A stretch of 64,000 nucleotides of DNA from the human T2T-CHM13v2.0 reference genome, Homo sapiens: the NCBI RefSeq assembly GCF_009914755.1, contig NC_060933.1; one strand, written 5' to 3'. The position numbers were made by a program, and so were the translations under genes. The notes beneath the pieces are model-generated. The model was not told the origin of the DNA and did no database searches. It worked only from the letters and a program-made list of their open reading frames with translations. Shown here piece by piece: positions 15,047 through 30,352 of the stretch; position 1 is the first letter of the stretch, and each line of letters starts with the position of its first letter.

Positions 15047-15363
15047 GCTGGGCATGGTGGCTCACACCTGTTATCCCAGCACGGTTATCCCAGCACTTTG
15101 GGAGGCCGAGGCGGGTGGGTTGCTTGAGCCCAGGAGTCCGAGACCAGCATGGGCAACGTGGTAAAACCCTGTCTGTACAAAAAATACAAAAAACAAAACA
15201 AAAACTAGCTGGGCATGGTGGCACAGGCCTATGGTCCCAGTTACTTGGGAGGCTAAGACAAGAGAATCACTTGAGCCCTGGAGGGGAGGTTGCAGTGAAC
15301 TGAGGTTGCGCCATTGACTCCAGCCTGGGCAATGAAGTGAAAACCTGTCAAAAAAAAGAAAAA
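15047..15363 (+). mobile_element. Alu (AluJ-like) with short internal tandem duplication
   Basis: gttatcccagcac occurs twice in tandem; ttgcttgagcccagg J diagnostic. Confidence 0.9.
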
Positions 15364-15594
15364 GGCAACTGAATTTTGACTCCCCTTTCCCTTTCTAATA
15401 TACAAATGTCTTTCATTGACATAGTTTTTGCATCTTTGAAGCTAACCTTCTCTGCAGTGCGTGTCTTTGCCTGCCTGACTAGATCAGCAAACTGCTACAC
15501 TGCTACCCACCCTTCTCTGGAATGTTCTCTTTCCTAGAATGTAAATTATGTGCATCAAATAGGAACTGCCACCTTTTAAAAAGATCTCATCCCT

Positions 15595-15950
15595 TGAGCT
15601 GTTTTTTGGTCCAAGGGTGAACACCTGGCCCATCCTAGACCAATTAAAATCCTTCCCCAAGAGTTTTTAATCAGGTTTCCTTTGATGGCAAAGTCAGGAT
15701 ATATGAGTCTAGGAGCTGCTAGAGCTATATTTCCTGACATAATTCAGCCATTTTTAAATTGCCTAAAACTTTTCAACTTTTGGAGAAAGCCAGCCCATCC
15801 AACAGAAGGAAATGGATACTTTGAGAAAGAAACACATTTCTCTGTCTCACACGCACACAAGTTCTAACAGCAGTCAAAGCTTAGTCTCAGAGTCTCGCTC
15901 TTCTGATTTTTCTGCTATTATAAAACTTTTTCTATTAAAGTAGTTCAAGT
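15595..15950 (+). mobile_element. Old ERVL LTR fragment (LTR33-like)
   Basis: ggtccaagggtgaacacctggcccatcctagaccaatt motif; highly decayed. Confidence 0.45.
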
Positions 15951-15951
15951 A

Positions 15952-16296
<345 letters not shown>

Positions 16297-16324
16297 CTAA
16301 GAATATGAAATCCTCAAAGTTCGG

Positions 16325-16490
16325 AGCATAGGTTTTGCAGTCATAGTGCCTAGGATCAAATCCTGGCTCCGCTTCCTAACTGTGACTTAGGACAAGTTAC
16401 TCATTTCACCTCTCTAAGCCTTAGTACATTTGTGAAATGGAAATCATATTGGTCCCTACCTCATAGGATAGTGATCAGCATTAAAGGATA
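16325..16490 (+). mobile_element. MIR
   Basis: caaatcctggctcc...tgtgacttaggacaagttact...cctacctcatagg. Confidence 0.75.
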
Positions 16491-16496
16491 TCATAT

Positions 16497-16862
16497 TGTT
16501 TCAATTATTTATTGCTACCTAACAAACCACCCCAAAACTTGATAGGTTAACACAATGTCAACCATTTGCTTGCTCATGGTTCTGCAATCTGGGCACGGCA
16601 CAACTGGTCTCTGCTCCATGGGGTATGGCTGTGATGATTCAATTGGGACTGGAGGCTTCAAGATGGCATTACTCACATGCCTGCTGCCTCAAAAGGGTAG
16701 CTACAAAGACTGAGGACTGTTTGGATCTCTTTTTCTGTCTATGTATTGTCTCTTATTCCCCAGATCCTTTTTACTTCTTGTGGCCTCCCGCCCATCAGGA
16801 TGGTAAGACGTTTTTCACTTGGCCAACTTCTAAGAAAATGAAAGCAGAAGTTTCAAGGCCTC
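16497..16862 (-). mobile_element. Old MLT1 (H/I/J-like) LTR fragment
   Basis: attgctacctaacaaaccaccccaaaactt...gctcatggttctgcaatctggg...ttcaagatggc. Confidence 0.7.
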
Positions 16863-17379
16863 TATATTAGTACCCTATTGATGCTGTAGCAAATCACCAT
16901 AAATGTAGTGGCTTAAACAACACAAAGTAATTATTTTACAGTTCTGGAGGTCAGAATATTGAAATAGGTCTTGCAGGTCTAAAACCAAGGTGTTGGCAGA
17001 AGATATTCCTTCTGAATGTCTTGGGGAGAATCTGTTTCCTCGACTTTTCCAGATTCCAGAGGCCACCTCTATTCCTTGGCTCATGGCCCCTTCCTCCACC
17101 CTCAAAGTCAGCGGAGTAGCATCTTAAATTTCTTTTACTTTCTCTGACCTTTGCTTGCATCATCATATCTCTCTCCTGGACCCTACACACCTGCCTCCCT
17201 CTTATAATAACTCATCTGATTACATCAGGCCTACGTGGAAAGCCCAGGACAATTTTTCCATTGCAAGAGCCTTAAATTAATCACACTTTCAGCCCCTTTG
17301 TCATGTAAAGTAACATATCCACAGATTCTAGGGAGTGGGCCATGGAAATCCTTGGGGACGCCACTATTCTACCTACCAC
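16863..17379 (-). mobile_element. MLT1D-like MaLR LTR
   Basis: gtggcttaaacaacaca...acagttctggaggtcagaa...ggggagaatctgtttcc...attccttggctcatggcccc...tattctacctaccac. Confidence 0.85.
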
Positions 17380-17875
17380 GCTCTACCCTGTGTCCCCCAA
17401 AGATTCACATCCATCCCAGATGTAAAATACATTCACCCCATTCCAACTTCACCCAAAGCCTCAACCCATTACAGCGTCAACTCAAAGTCCAAAATCTCAG
17501 CTAAATCTTATCAGCTCAAAAGTCTCACATCTCATCCTCTAAATGTCTAACTCAGGTATCGGTGAGACTCCAAGTATTAGCCATCCTGGGGCAACATTCC
17601 CCTCTACCTGTGGACCTGCAAAACAAAAAAACAAGTTATCTACTCCTCAAGTACAATGTTGGTTCAGGAAATGAATAACAGCTATAGAGATTCCTTTTTC
17701 CCTTCCATTTTCCCCCTTTTTGATCAGGAACCCTCTGTGCCTCAAGACTCTACTCTCTGGGTTCACAGATCTGCCCTTAAAATTATCCCTCGAGATTAAA
17801 GAGTTTAGGCTAAAAAATTTATCTTTAATTTTTCACAAAAAGTAACATATAGTTGTGCTGAGTAGTTTTATCAGC
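17380..17875 (-). mobile_element. MLT1 internal sequence, truncated
   Basis: Contiguous with the LTR; aaaatacattcaccccattcc...aactcaaagtccaaaatctc. Confidence 0.7.
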
Positions 17876-17961
17876 TTTTTTTTTTTTTCCCCCACCAAGG
17901 GCAAGCAGGCATGGCCTGGTGTCTGCAGTTGGGATAGCACCACCTGAGACTGACCTTGGGT

Positions 17962-18046
17962 GTCTCAAACTCCTGACCTCAGGCGATCTGCCTACCTTGG
18001 CCTCCTAAAGTGCTGGGATTACAGGCATGAGCTACCAAGCCCAGCC
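17962..18046 (-). mobile_element. Alu 5' fragment (~85 nt) fused to unidentified sequence
   Basis: gtctcaaactcctgacctcagg...gggattacaggcatgagc...cccagcc. Confidence 0.88.
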
Positions 18047-18337
18047 AATAACCGTTCTCTTGAAGATTGATTCTCCCTGCTTTGTTTGTTTCTTCAGATT
18101 ATTTTGTTCTGTTTGTTTTGGATTCTACTCTCATGATAGAGGTGTTCTTCATCTAGCTGAGGGTACTTGGTTTCAGTTCAAAGGAGGGTTGTAATAAGCT
18201 GATTGGAGGCTACTGATTTTAGGGGTTTAAAAATTTTGGCCGTTTTGTTTGGGAAACCACCACTGTCAGTATTTTTGAGTCTTTCCCCTTGGGCTGATCA
18301 GATCCTTCATGTAAGGATCTGATCTGGGCATTAGACC

Positions 18338-18497
18338 GGTGCTGGCCAATAGACCTTTCTGTGATGATGAGAATGCTCTAGACCTGCATGTCCCATATGG
18401 CTATTGAGCACTTTAAATGTGGTTAGTGTGAGTGTGGAGCTGAATTTTAGGTTTTATTTCATTTTATGGCTAGTGGCACTACATTCCATGGTACAGT
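18338..18497 (+). mobile_element. MER3 (hAT-Charlie MITE)
   Basis: gtgctggccaatagacctttctgtgatgatg...ggctattgagcacttt...tggctagtggc. Confidence 0.78.
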
Positions 18498-19439
18498 TCT
18501 AGAAGTGTCTTTGTGAGGCATTGACACATAAATGTTCATTTAATCTCCTTTTTTTTCAGTACAATATTTTCATCTTCAACTATGGCTGATGTTCCTTTCC
18601 AGAAAAGAAATCCTTCAGTCTTTTGCCAGTGCTGGGAGATGAGTCACCTGGCCAGGCTGAGTAGGGAATGGCATCTAAGAGTATGACTCCTTCTAGAGCA
18701 TCTTCTGTTTAGCCTCACTTTCATGCCCACTCTTGCGAGTATCTAAGCTGATGAGTTCAGGGCCTTTGGAGGTTGCTTCTTGGTTTTCTCCATGCTGATC
18801 AGGATTAGAATTTCTTGATTTTCGGTGTCAGTCATCCTTGCCCCTCTGGTTCCCAGCTTTCAACATTTTGTTCCTAATGTTTCCTCCGCTTTCTCTTTGT
18901 CCTTGTGGGTTTATAAAGTTTTAAAAATATCTTTAGTGTCATTAGTGAGATTTCAGGAGGGAGCAAAAGTGGATGAGTAGGTCCAGCCTTCTATCTTTAG
19001 CAGGACATTCCTAAATGATCTAACTTAAAAGTTGCTCTACTGTAGGATAACTGTATCATGTAATCTCACAATTCTGCAGTCTTCAGATCATGCAGTGCTC
19101 TTATGTATCCAGTTTGTTTTGTCAGTGTCTCTGTGAGTGAGTGGAAAACAAAGAATGATAAAGATGAGGAAAACAACTACCAAATGTTGAGCACATACAA
19201 TCTTCCCAGCAAGTATGCAATGGGTATTATGATCACTTTCCCATTTTACAGATAAGGAAACTGAATCTTAAAGTTAGGTTGTGCAATAGAGGTTTGCACA
19301 CTGATCTGCTAGACTGCAAAGTTCTTGCTCTTAATCAATGATCTGTCTGGGTATGAGAAGATCTGGATTAAAATTCCAGGTCTGACAACTTAGTCAATAA
19401 AAACTAACATTCATTGATATTCATTGGTATTAAATACCA

Positions 19440-19630
19440 AAACATCTCTAAACACTTTACATATATTATTTCATTTAATCCTTGCCCCAACTCTGTAAAA
19501 TCAGTACTATCTTATTCCTATTTAACAGATGAAGAAAATGAGGCACAGAGAAGGTTAAGTAACCTGTCCAGGGTCACACAGCCAGCAGGTAGAACTGGAA
19601 TGGCGACCCCAGCTGGAGTCAAGTCTTTGG
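19440..19630 (-). mobile_element. MIR (one of a cluster at 19170-19740)
   Basis: tcatttaatcct...acagatgaagaaaatgaggcacagagaaggttaagtaacctgtccagggtcacacag. Confidence 0.8.
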
Positions 19631-21090
19631 AGGCTTGTTGGTCAAATGAGGACAATAATACCTGCTATCTCAGGTATTTGCTCCACCAAATTATTGTGAG
19701 CATCAAATTTAACGTGTGAAAACAATTAATAAATCAATCTACACTGAGAAGGCATTGTTGCTCTCCGTTTCAAGCAGACTTGAAGCCAGAAATCCTTCTG
19801 ATCTCTGGTCAAGTACACTGAACATGAAACCCTTAATTCCACTAGTATCTCCAGGACATTTTGGTTTCCATTTTTGCCTGTCTCCTGCCTTTTACCAGTT
19901 GTAGCTCAAAGGCGAAGATGAGTCTCGGATTTCCATAAGTTCAAACTATCTTTTGTCTCTGGAAGTTTGGTGCATTCTTACAAATATATAAAGCAGAACC
20001 CCATCGGTGTGGGCATAGATTCCAAGCATTATTGACATCCCCACACCCTAAGTTCTCTCTGTGGTTACCACATCAGCCCCACCCCAACCTAAATTCAACA
20101 TCTTGCATTGCAGTGTTTCCTATGGGTTCTTGGGACAAAAACCAATTGCCATGGCCCTCTGCCCACAAGGGCTAGTTCCATTTCTCAAGTCAGTGGGGGT
20201 GCCCATTGAGATGCCCTCTGTAGAGTCATCTCCCATCTGTTCATCTCACGTTCCAGGCTCCAGAAGATGTGAAATAGGTTTTTATAACATTCTTATGGGG
20301 TACGCTATCAGATATTCAAGTGCACGTGCCCACTGGTCTTGTGGTTATGGAACTTACTAGGATTTATTAATCTTAAAAAGTCAGTTCTTTTCTTCCAGAA
20401 ATAAGCCTTCCAAAAGGTCAGCTTGGTTTCAATTAAGAGTGAATCTTTTTTTGCAGGTTAAATTTTGAGTCCAAATGGCTGCATTGATGGGATCCCAGGG
20501 CAGTCAATACTGCAGTAATTAGCAGACAGGAAGGCTCTGTGTTCAATAGGGTTGAACTGCTTTAATGAGAGGAAAGTTCCTGCTAATGAATGACATTTAC
20601 TGCTGCTTTTCCATGGAGGGGGCAGTGTGCTCTCCTCTCCATCATCCTGTCTTGCTCACTCTGTGCCCCTTCTTACCCTCTTTCTCTTCCATTCCGGTTT
20701 CCTTTCTCTGGTGGCTCACTCCTCCTTTCCTCCCTGGGGAAGGAGACTGGAAACCTTTCTCTTCAGTGTCCTTTGGAGACCAGTGTCTGCATTTCACACC
20801 CTGGGGCATTGGCAGGGCTTCAGCTTTGGGTGCTGACCTACTTCTTCTGCAAATTTTCTAGGCATTTGGAATCCCTGCCAGCAATGTGGAGGAGTACGTA
20901 GTGAGCCAGCGAAACCCAGAATGTTAGAAGGAGGCAGGTGTCTCCCAGAGCTAGGTCAGAAGCACTGACAGGGCATTAAATAACAATATCGCATAGACTG
21001 AGAAAGACACTCTCTTCCCAGGTCTGTTTCAGTCCTTCCCATGAATCAAAGAGCGAGCCATGTGTCCTGTTTCAACAGAGAGCAAGAGCG

Positions 21091-21163
21091 GCCCTCGAAA
21101 CTCTAGCTGATGGTGGGCAAGATCTGCCCTCGGAACTCTAGCTGATGGTGGGCAAGAAGATCT
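21091..21163 (+). repeat. 35-bp tandem duplication (2 copies)
   Basis: gccctcg(a/g)aactctagctgatggtgggcaaga occurs twice. Confidence 0.92.
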
Positions 21164-21614
21164 GGCTAGAATTTAATAATATTGCTTAGTTTTCATGGGT
21201 GGTCAGTGAGATTGCATTTTCATTTATGGTAATGAGGTCAGATTTCCTTTGTTAACAAATGTGTGTGTGTATAAAAAGGACTGAGTTTGAAGAAGAGTAC
21301 CTAATCATCCATTGTTCAGGTGGTGGTGCTACATATGGACAAATCACGAAGCAGGTAGCACAACGGTGGTCAGCTGGGGGGGAAGGCCCTTGCTGCTGCG
21401 GTGCCTGCAGACCTTTGCTGAGAGCCCTGAGCAGGCAAGGGACGGTGATGACCCTGTGGAGCCCTCCTCTCACAAAGGTGAATTCTGAAGGCCACAGGTT
21501 GTCTCGATGTTTCCCCTTTGCTCCCTGCCCCCTGCCCCTGCAAATTGTCTTTGGCTGATGCTTTCCCTATTTGTGTACGGGAGAAGGTGAGGGATATTCA
21601 AGCAACTTCACTGA

Positions 21615-21990
<376 letters not shown>

Positions 21991-22514
21991 CTGGATCTAG
22001 ATCCTTTTAAACAAATCCTGGAGGCAGCCATGAAGGCCAAGCTACATCCCCTGACTTGCTCATTCAGGGTCTGCTGTCTCTGCAAGGCATGACTACTGTG
22101 TGTCATGGTGCAGACCAGGGGAATGACCTTATGTATGGATGATATAGCTCCTCACCCCACCCTCAGTCTTTCAGGGACCAACTACCTCTCGGTTGAAGGA
22201 TAATCACTCACGTGACCTATGCCCTTGTTGGACACAAGTGAAAGGCAGTGGAGGACCAGCTACTGGCAGAACAAGGGAGACAACTTCTCCAGCACCTCTC
22301 TCTTCTGCCTCCACAGCTGGGCATGCTGCTCAAGCAACTGCTTTTTGGCAGAGGGGCAGCCAGAGACATCTCTGTTGTTCACAGCACAGTAAAGATCTTT
22401 CTAGAAAACTTTTTTTAAAACACAACTTTGAGCCCTGAGTTTTTAGTCATTCGTTATAAGATACAATTTTAAAGTGCTGTTTTTTTTTTTTTTTCTTATG
22501 ACTTTCTTTTCTAG

Positions 22515-22520
22515 GAGAGG
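22515..22520 (+). other. Candidate 6-nt microexon GAGAGG
   Basis: Long polypyrimidine tract ending ttttctag, then GAGAGG, then gtgagt; no transcript evidence. Confidence 0.3.
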
Positions 22521-22699
22521 GTGAGTGTGTGTGCCTGGCCCAGTGGCCCTTGCTTGGCAGCAGAAGCCTTTCAGTGTGGAGCAGTGTCCTCCCTACGTCC
22601 CTCTGGCCTCACCACTTGGGTGGGTGCTGCCCGGCTTCCACCCACCAGTCTTCTTTCTTTGCCCAGGAAGCAGAAGTGTTGGTGAACTAACAGCCTTCA

Positions 22700-23013
22700 G
22701 GCCAGGCACAGTGGCTCACGCCTGTAATCCCAAAACTTTGGAAGGCCGAGGCAGGCAGATCACCTGGGGTCAGGAGTTTGAGACCAGCCTGGCCAACATG
22801 GTGAAACCCCATCTCCACTAAAAATGTAAAAATTAGCCCGGCATGGTGGTGGGTGCCTGTAGTTCCAGCTACTCGGGAGGCTGAGCAGGAGAATCGCTTC
22901 AACGCAGGAGGTGGAGTTTGAGGTGAGCCAAAATTGTGCCACTGCACTCCAGCCTGGGCGACAGAGCGAGATTCCATCTCAAAAAAAAAAAAAAAAAAAA
23001 AGAAACAAAAAAG
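22700..23013 (+). mobile_element. Alu (AluS)
   Basis: Full dimer, TSD cagccttca. Confidence 0.95.
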
Positions 23014-23162
23014 AATTAGCAGCCTTCAACCAAAGACTGACAACAATTGGTATGCAAGTACTGTACCCCTTCACTCCCAGGGGGCAGAACACAGAGGTAT
23101 GTACACTACACTGGCTCCTAGGGTTTTCCCAGTAGAATTAAGCTATTTCATCTAAATCTCTG

Positions 23163-23543
23163 TGCTGTGGTTTGAATGTGTCCCCTAAAACGCATGTCTT
23201 GGAAACTTAATTCCAAAGCAACAATGTTGGGAGGTGGGGCGTAATGGGAGGTATTTAAGTTACAAGGGCTGTACCCTCGTGAATGGATTAATGCTGATTA
23301 TAAAAGGGCTTGGGCTGTGAGTTTGATCTCTCTCTCTCTCACCTTTTCACTTTTTGCCATGGCATGACACAGCATAAAGGCCCTTGCCAGATGTGGGCTC
23401 CTTGATCTTCGACTTCCCAGCTTCCAGAACTATAAGCCAAATAAACTTCTGCAGATGCGACAGAACTGGGAGGGTGGTAATTTTTATTATAAATCACCCA
23501 GGCTGTGATATTGTGTTATAGCAGCACAAAACAGACTAAGACA
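23163..23543 (+). mobile_element. MST (MSTC/D-like) solo LTR
   Basis: tgctgtggtttgaatgtgtcccc...gacttcccagcttccagaact...gttatagcagcacaaaacagactaagaca. Confidence 0.85.
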
Positions 23544-23695
23544 CCTGTTCTTAGGCTCTGCTTCTGGGGGACCCCAAGATCAGACATAAGCATATTGCTG
23601 GAGTAAAAACTAAGTCCTCCATTTTAATCGTTAGGAGATTTTTTTATACATGCAGGTTGGATATAATATTTTATATGTGAACATTCCCATTAAGA

Positions 23696-23899
23696 GTAAT
23701 CTCAGCACTTTGGGACGCCAAAGTGGGTGGATTGCTTGAGCCCAGGAATTCAAGACCAGCCTGGGCAACATAGTGAGACCCTATCTCTACAAAACATACA
23801 AAAATTAGCTGGGCATGGTGGTATGTACCTGTAGTCCTGGCTACTTGGGAGATCAAGGTGGGAGGATTGCTTGAGTCCAGAAAGCGGAGGTTGCAGTTG
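23696..23899 (+). mobile_element. AluJ fragment truncated at both ends
   Basis: gtaatctcagcactttggg...ggttgcagt; no tail. Confidence 0.9.
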
Positions 23900-24497
23900 A
23901 CATCTATTAAGCCCAAGATGTCTTACTACAACAGATGTTTAGGGTAAAATTTGTAACTCAGGGCACAAACATCAGTCTAATGGCGGCATTCCCTTGGTGT
24001 GCAGAGGAGGCCTTGGTGCTCCTAGTGAACAAGACAACCCTCCCTGACTTAAGCTGTCACAGACTTCGTTAGCTCTTGCTAGAACCTAGATGTTCATCTT
24101 TAGCAAGCCTGATATCCAGGGGCAAGACAATCAGAGATAATTGAGGAAGAATGAAAATTATAGCATGTGCTGTCTTAGCTCATGGGTGGCCAATGTGAGA
24201 AAGTGAAAAAAATGAAACCATGCTGTGGATTCTAAAGAGAAGCTGGGAGCCATGGAAGGATATTTATCTAAAAACAGGTTTATTCTGCAATGGAGAACTT
24301 ACTGGATAGCCTGGAACTTGGAGCCACAAAGCCTAGTCCCTTCCTGCAGTATCATGCACACTCCTATTTCCTGACTTTACATGCCATTCTCCTGCCAGGA
24401 AATCCTTCCTCTTCATCACTTAGGACATGGCTTAAACACTGCCTCCTCTAGAAGGTTTTCTATGAAGCAAATCTGTGTTCATACTGGAGATATAGGT

Positions 24498-24941
24498 GGT
24501 CAAGAACTGTGAAGGGTCTGCAATTTTACACTACTTTCAAGCTAACAAGTTCACCTACTACAGTTTCATGGCTGCTGGCAGAAGACAGGAGACTCTTGGA
24601 TCAGAGACAGAGGATTTTATCATTTACAGCTATAGTATTAGCCAGAGTGTCAGCAGTTGCGCCGGTTCCCTGAGCCCCAGTTCCCACAGAGTGATGCAAA
24701 GAAGGCCACATGTCACTTGTTAGTTACATTATAGGAGAGGAACCCTGAGCTCAGGGAGTCTGAATCTTTTATAATAGGCAGTAAGTATGTCTGCCCTCTG
24801 GTCCAGCAGAGACAATATCTCTATCTTCTAAAGACTCTTTACTGTTCAAGCATTCTTGAAATAATAGGAACAATGGGAGTTTTGCCTCTGCTCAAAAATG
24901 TGCAGAAACATGAGAGATGGATGCCAAATCATCTTCCACCA
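24498..24941 (-). mobile_element. LTR40-like solo ERVL LTR
   Basis: gtcaagaactgtgaagggtctg...caagctaacaag...ggagaggaaccctgagct...tgtgcagaaacatgagaga; TSD taggt/tagat. Confidence 0.8.
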
Positions 24942-24984
24942 TAGATCAAACCTAGAGGACTGTTGTAATCAAGTCAATAAGCAA

Positions 24985-25200
24985 TTTAGTGGTTAAGAAT
25001 GCAGATTACATGAGTACAAATCCCAACCCCACCTTGTATTAGCTATATGACTTAGGGTAAGTTATATAATTGACCTGTGCCTCAGTTTTATCATATGTAA
25101 GATGGGAATAGTGATGGAACCTACTTCTTGGGTGCTTATGATGATTAAGTGACTAAATATTTCCAAAGTGCTTAGAATAGTACTTGGAACATTAAAAATT
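24985..25200 (+). mobile_element. MIR
   Basis: gtggttaagaatgcag...tgacttagggtaagtta...gtgcctcagtttt. Confidence 0.78.
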
Positions 25201-25539
25201 CTATGTGTTTATAAAAATAAGAACCAGGAAGTAGTCAATGCATTCCCTGATGGCTTGTAGTTAGGATCCCATGTCCCTTGTGACAGTCTCATCAAACACT
25301 GGTTGAAGTGTCTCAGCTAGGAAATGAAGTCCATACATAGTTCACATAAACTTCGGGAAATTTGAGTGCATTTCCTCATTATGACAGGTGCAATTGGCAT
25401 AATCAATATGGGAAATTCAATTTTTAAAAAAATGATTATGTTTCATAAATATTGTCTTCTGTTTATATAGAGGTTACAAAGACACAGGTCTATCTTACAG
25501 ATGAAGCTTCTCTCCAATTAAATGTGACTTCTCACCTCT

Positions 25540-25740
25540 AAATTCCCCTAGCACTTTACACTTTTCTTATATCTTTTTGGTGTGTGTGTGTTCGCGTGAG
25601 TGTGGTTTGTGATCACTCCCCATAAACTCTAGGAGTTTCTGAAGCGTGAGGGCTGTGTCCTGCTCAGTTTGGTGGAACTGACATGACCCATGCTAACGTG
25701 GTGCCTGGCACAGAGTGAGGGTTCATCTACTGTTGACTCC
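25540..25740 (+). mobile_element. L2 3' fragment
   Basis: ctctaggag...gggctgtgtcctgctc...gtgcctggcacagagt...tgttga. Confidence 0.55.
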
Positions 25741-26013
25741 AACTGGAGCAGAGTCACCCCAGTCTTCATAGTGCTTTTCCTGACTGGCATGGGGACTGCA
25801 ATGTCACAGAAGCCAATGCTGTGACTTGGCTGGCGAAGGTTCTCCATGTGGGTACAGGGATGGAAGGGGCAGTATGGGGGATTTTGCAAAGACAAAACTG
25901 ACCTGGCGGATAGAAGCTGTTTAGTTTACTAACTTCTTTCCCCCTACTGGTGTGACATGTGCAGCAAGTCAGGTGACTGAGAGTGTCTGTGGGAAGAGGG
26001 TATTAGTGTCCTA

Positions 26014-27432
<1,419 letters not shown>

Positions 27433-27609
27433 ATTTCTTGGAGAATCCTACCTAGGACAGGCTTTCTTCTTATTACTCTGCTAGAAAGCAGAGGCATGTG
27501 CCTCTGTTCTGGAGATGTGAGTGGCACAAGATGAAGTCTGAAGGGCAGAAAAACATTCTAGGTGTAAAAGGAATACATTCGAGGTAAGTTCCTTCCAGGA
27601 ACTCTGAGA

Positions 27610-28447
<838 letters not shown>

Positions 28448-28706
28448 TTACTGCTGCTATTTGTAATCAGCTGTAGAGCCTATTGAATAGATTAAACCAA
28501 CTTAAGCATTTTAGAGTGTGAGAATTTGAAGAGGCCCTCATCATCACATGGTCCAGTGTTTTGCATACTGTGGGTCATACAAGGTCAGGAAACCAGTTTA
28601 TTGAATCCTGACTGGCATTTTTAAACAAGTGAACTAAAATAGAATAGAAGACTTCAGAGTGTTACATGTAGTAGAGATAAGCATTGTTTTTGGAGCTACT
28701 CTTTCA

Positions 28707-28744
28707 GTGTGTGAGTGCGTGTGTGTGTGTGTGTGTGTCTGTGT
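28707..28744 (+). repeat. (TG)n microsatellite
   Basis: Seen directly. Confidence 0.85.
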
Positions 28745-29054
28745 ATTGGTCACTATGCAATTTTTCTCCTTTTCCTTTGGCCCTCAGGTGCACAGAATTG
28801 AACCAATTATAATCCTTGGTTTGGGACACCACAGTATTGTCATGGTGCATAAGTGACCACTGTCTTTTACCTATCATGTAATATTTTAATTTAGAAAATA
28901 ACATAAAAGTCACTCACAACTAAGAGCTAGAACATTTCCAGTAATTTACATTTAACAACCCTCTGCACCCCCCAACCCTACATAACCATGTCCTTAATTT
29001 TGTGTTTATCTTTCCCTTTCTCTTTTTTTATCCTTTTTATCTTTCTATGTGTAA

Positions 29055-29365
<311 letters not shown>

Positions 29366-29571
29366 TAAAAAACCCCTCACGTGTCTATCAGTTTCCATAA
29401 TGACCAATTCATGACCAGTCTTGCTTCATTTGTACCCCTGTTACTCCAATTGGAAGCAAATCGTCCAGATAACATATCATTTTAGCCATAAATATTTCAG
29501 CATAAGGCTTAATCATTAATACAAAATCATTATTATATCTAAAAAAATGTAACATTTAAAAATATCATTAA

Positions 29572-29939
<368 letters not shown>

Positions 29940-30017
29940 TCAAAAACTTGAACTCTGACCTGATAATTAAAAATGTTATGAAATAATTGTTTTTTTTTGG
30001 TTAGTATGGTTATATAG

Positions 30018-30352
<335 letters not shown>

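Larger units (their letters stand above)
22600..23585 (-). mobile_element. LTR16-like ERVL LTR interrupted by Alu and MST
   Basis: cagccttcaaccaaagactga...ccccagtagaattaagc and terminal aggctctgcttctgggggaccccaagatcagaca. Confidence 0.6.

Noticed and set aside
21091-21163. CRISPR-like 35-bp repeat
   Set aside because: Only two adjacent copies with no spacer, in mammalian DNA
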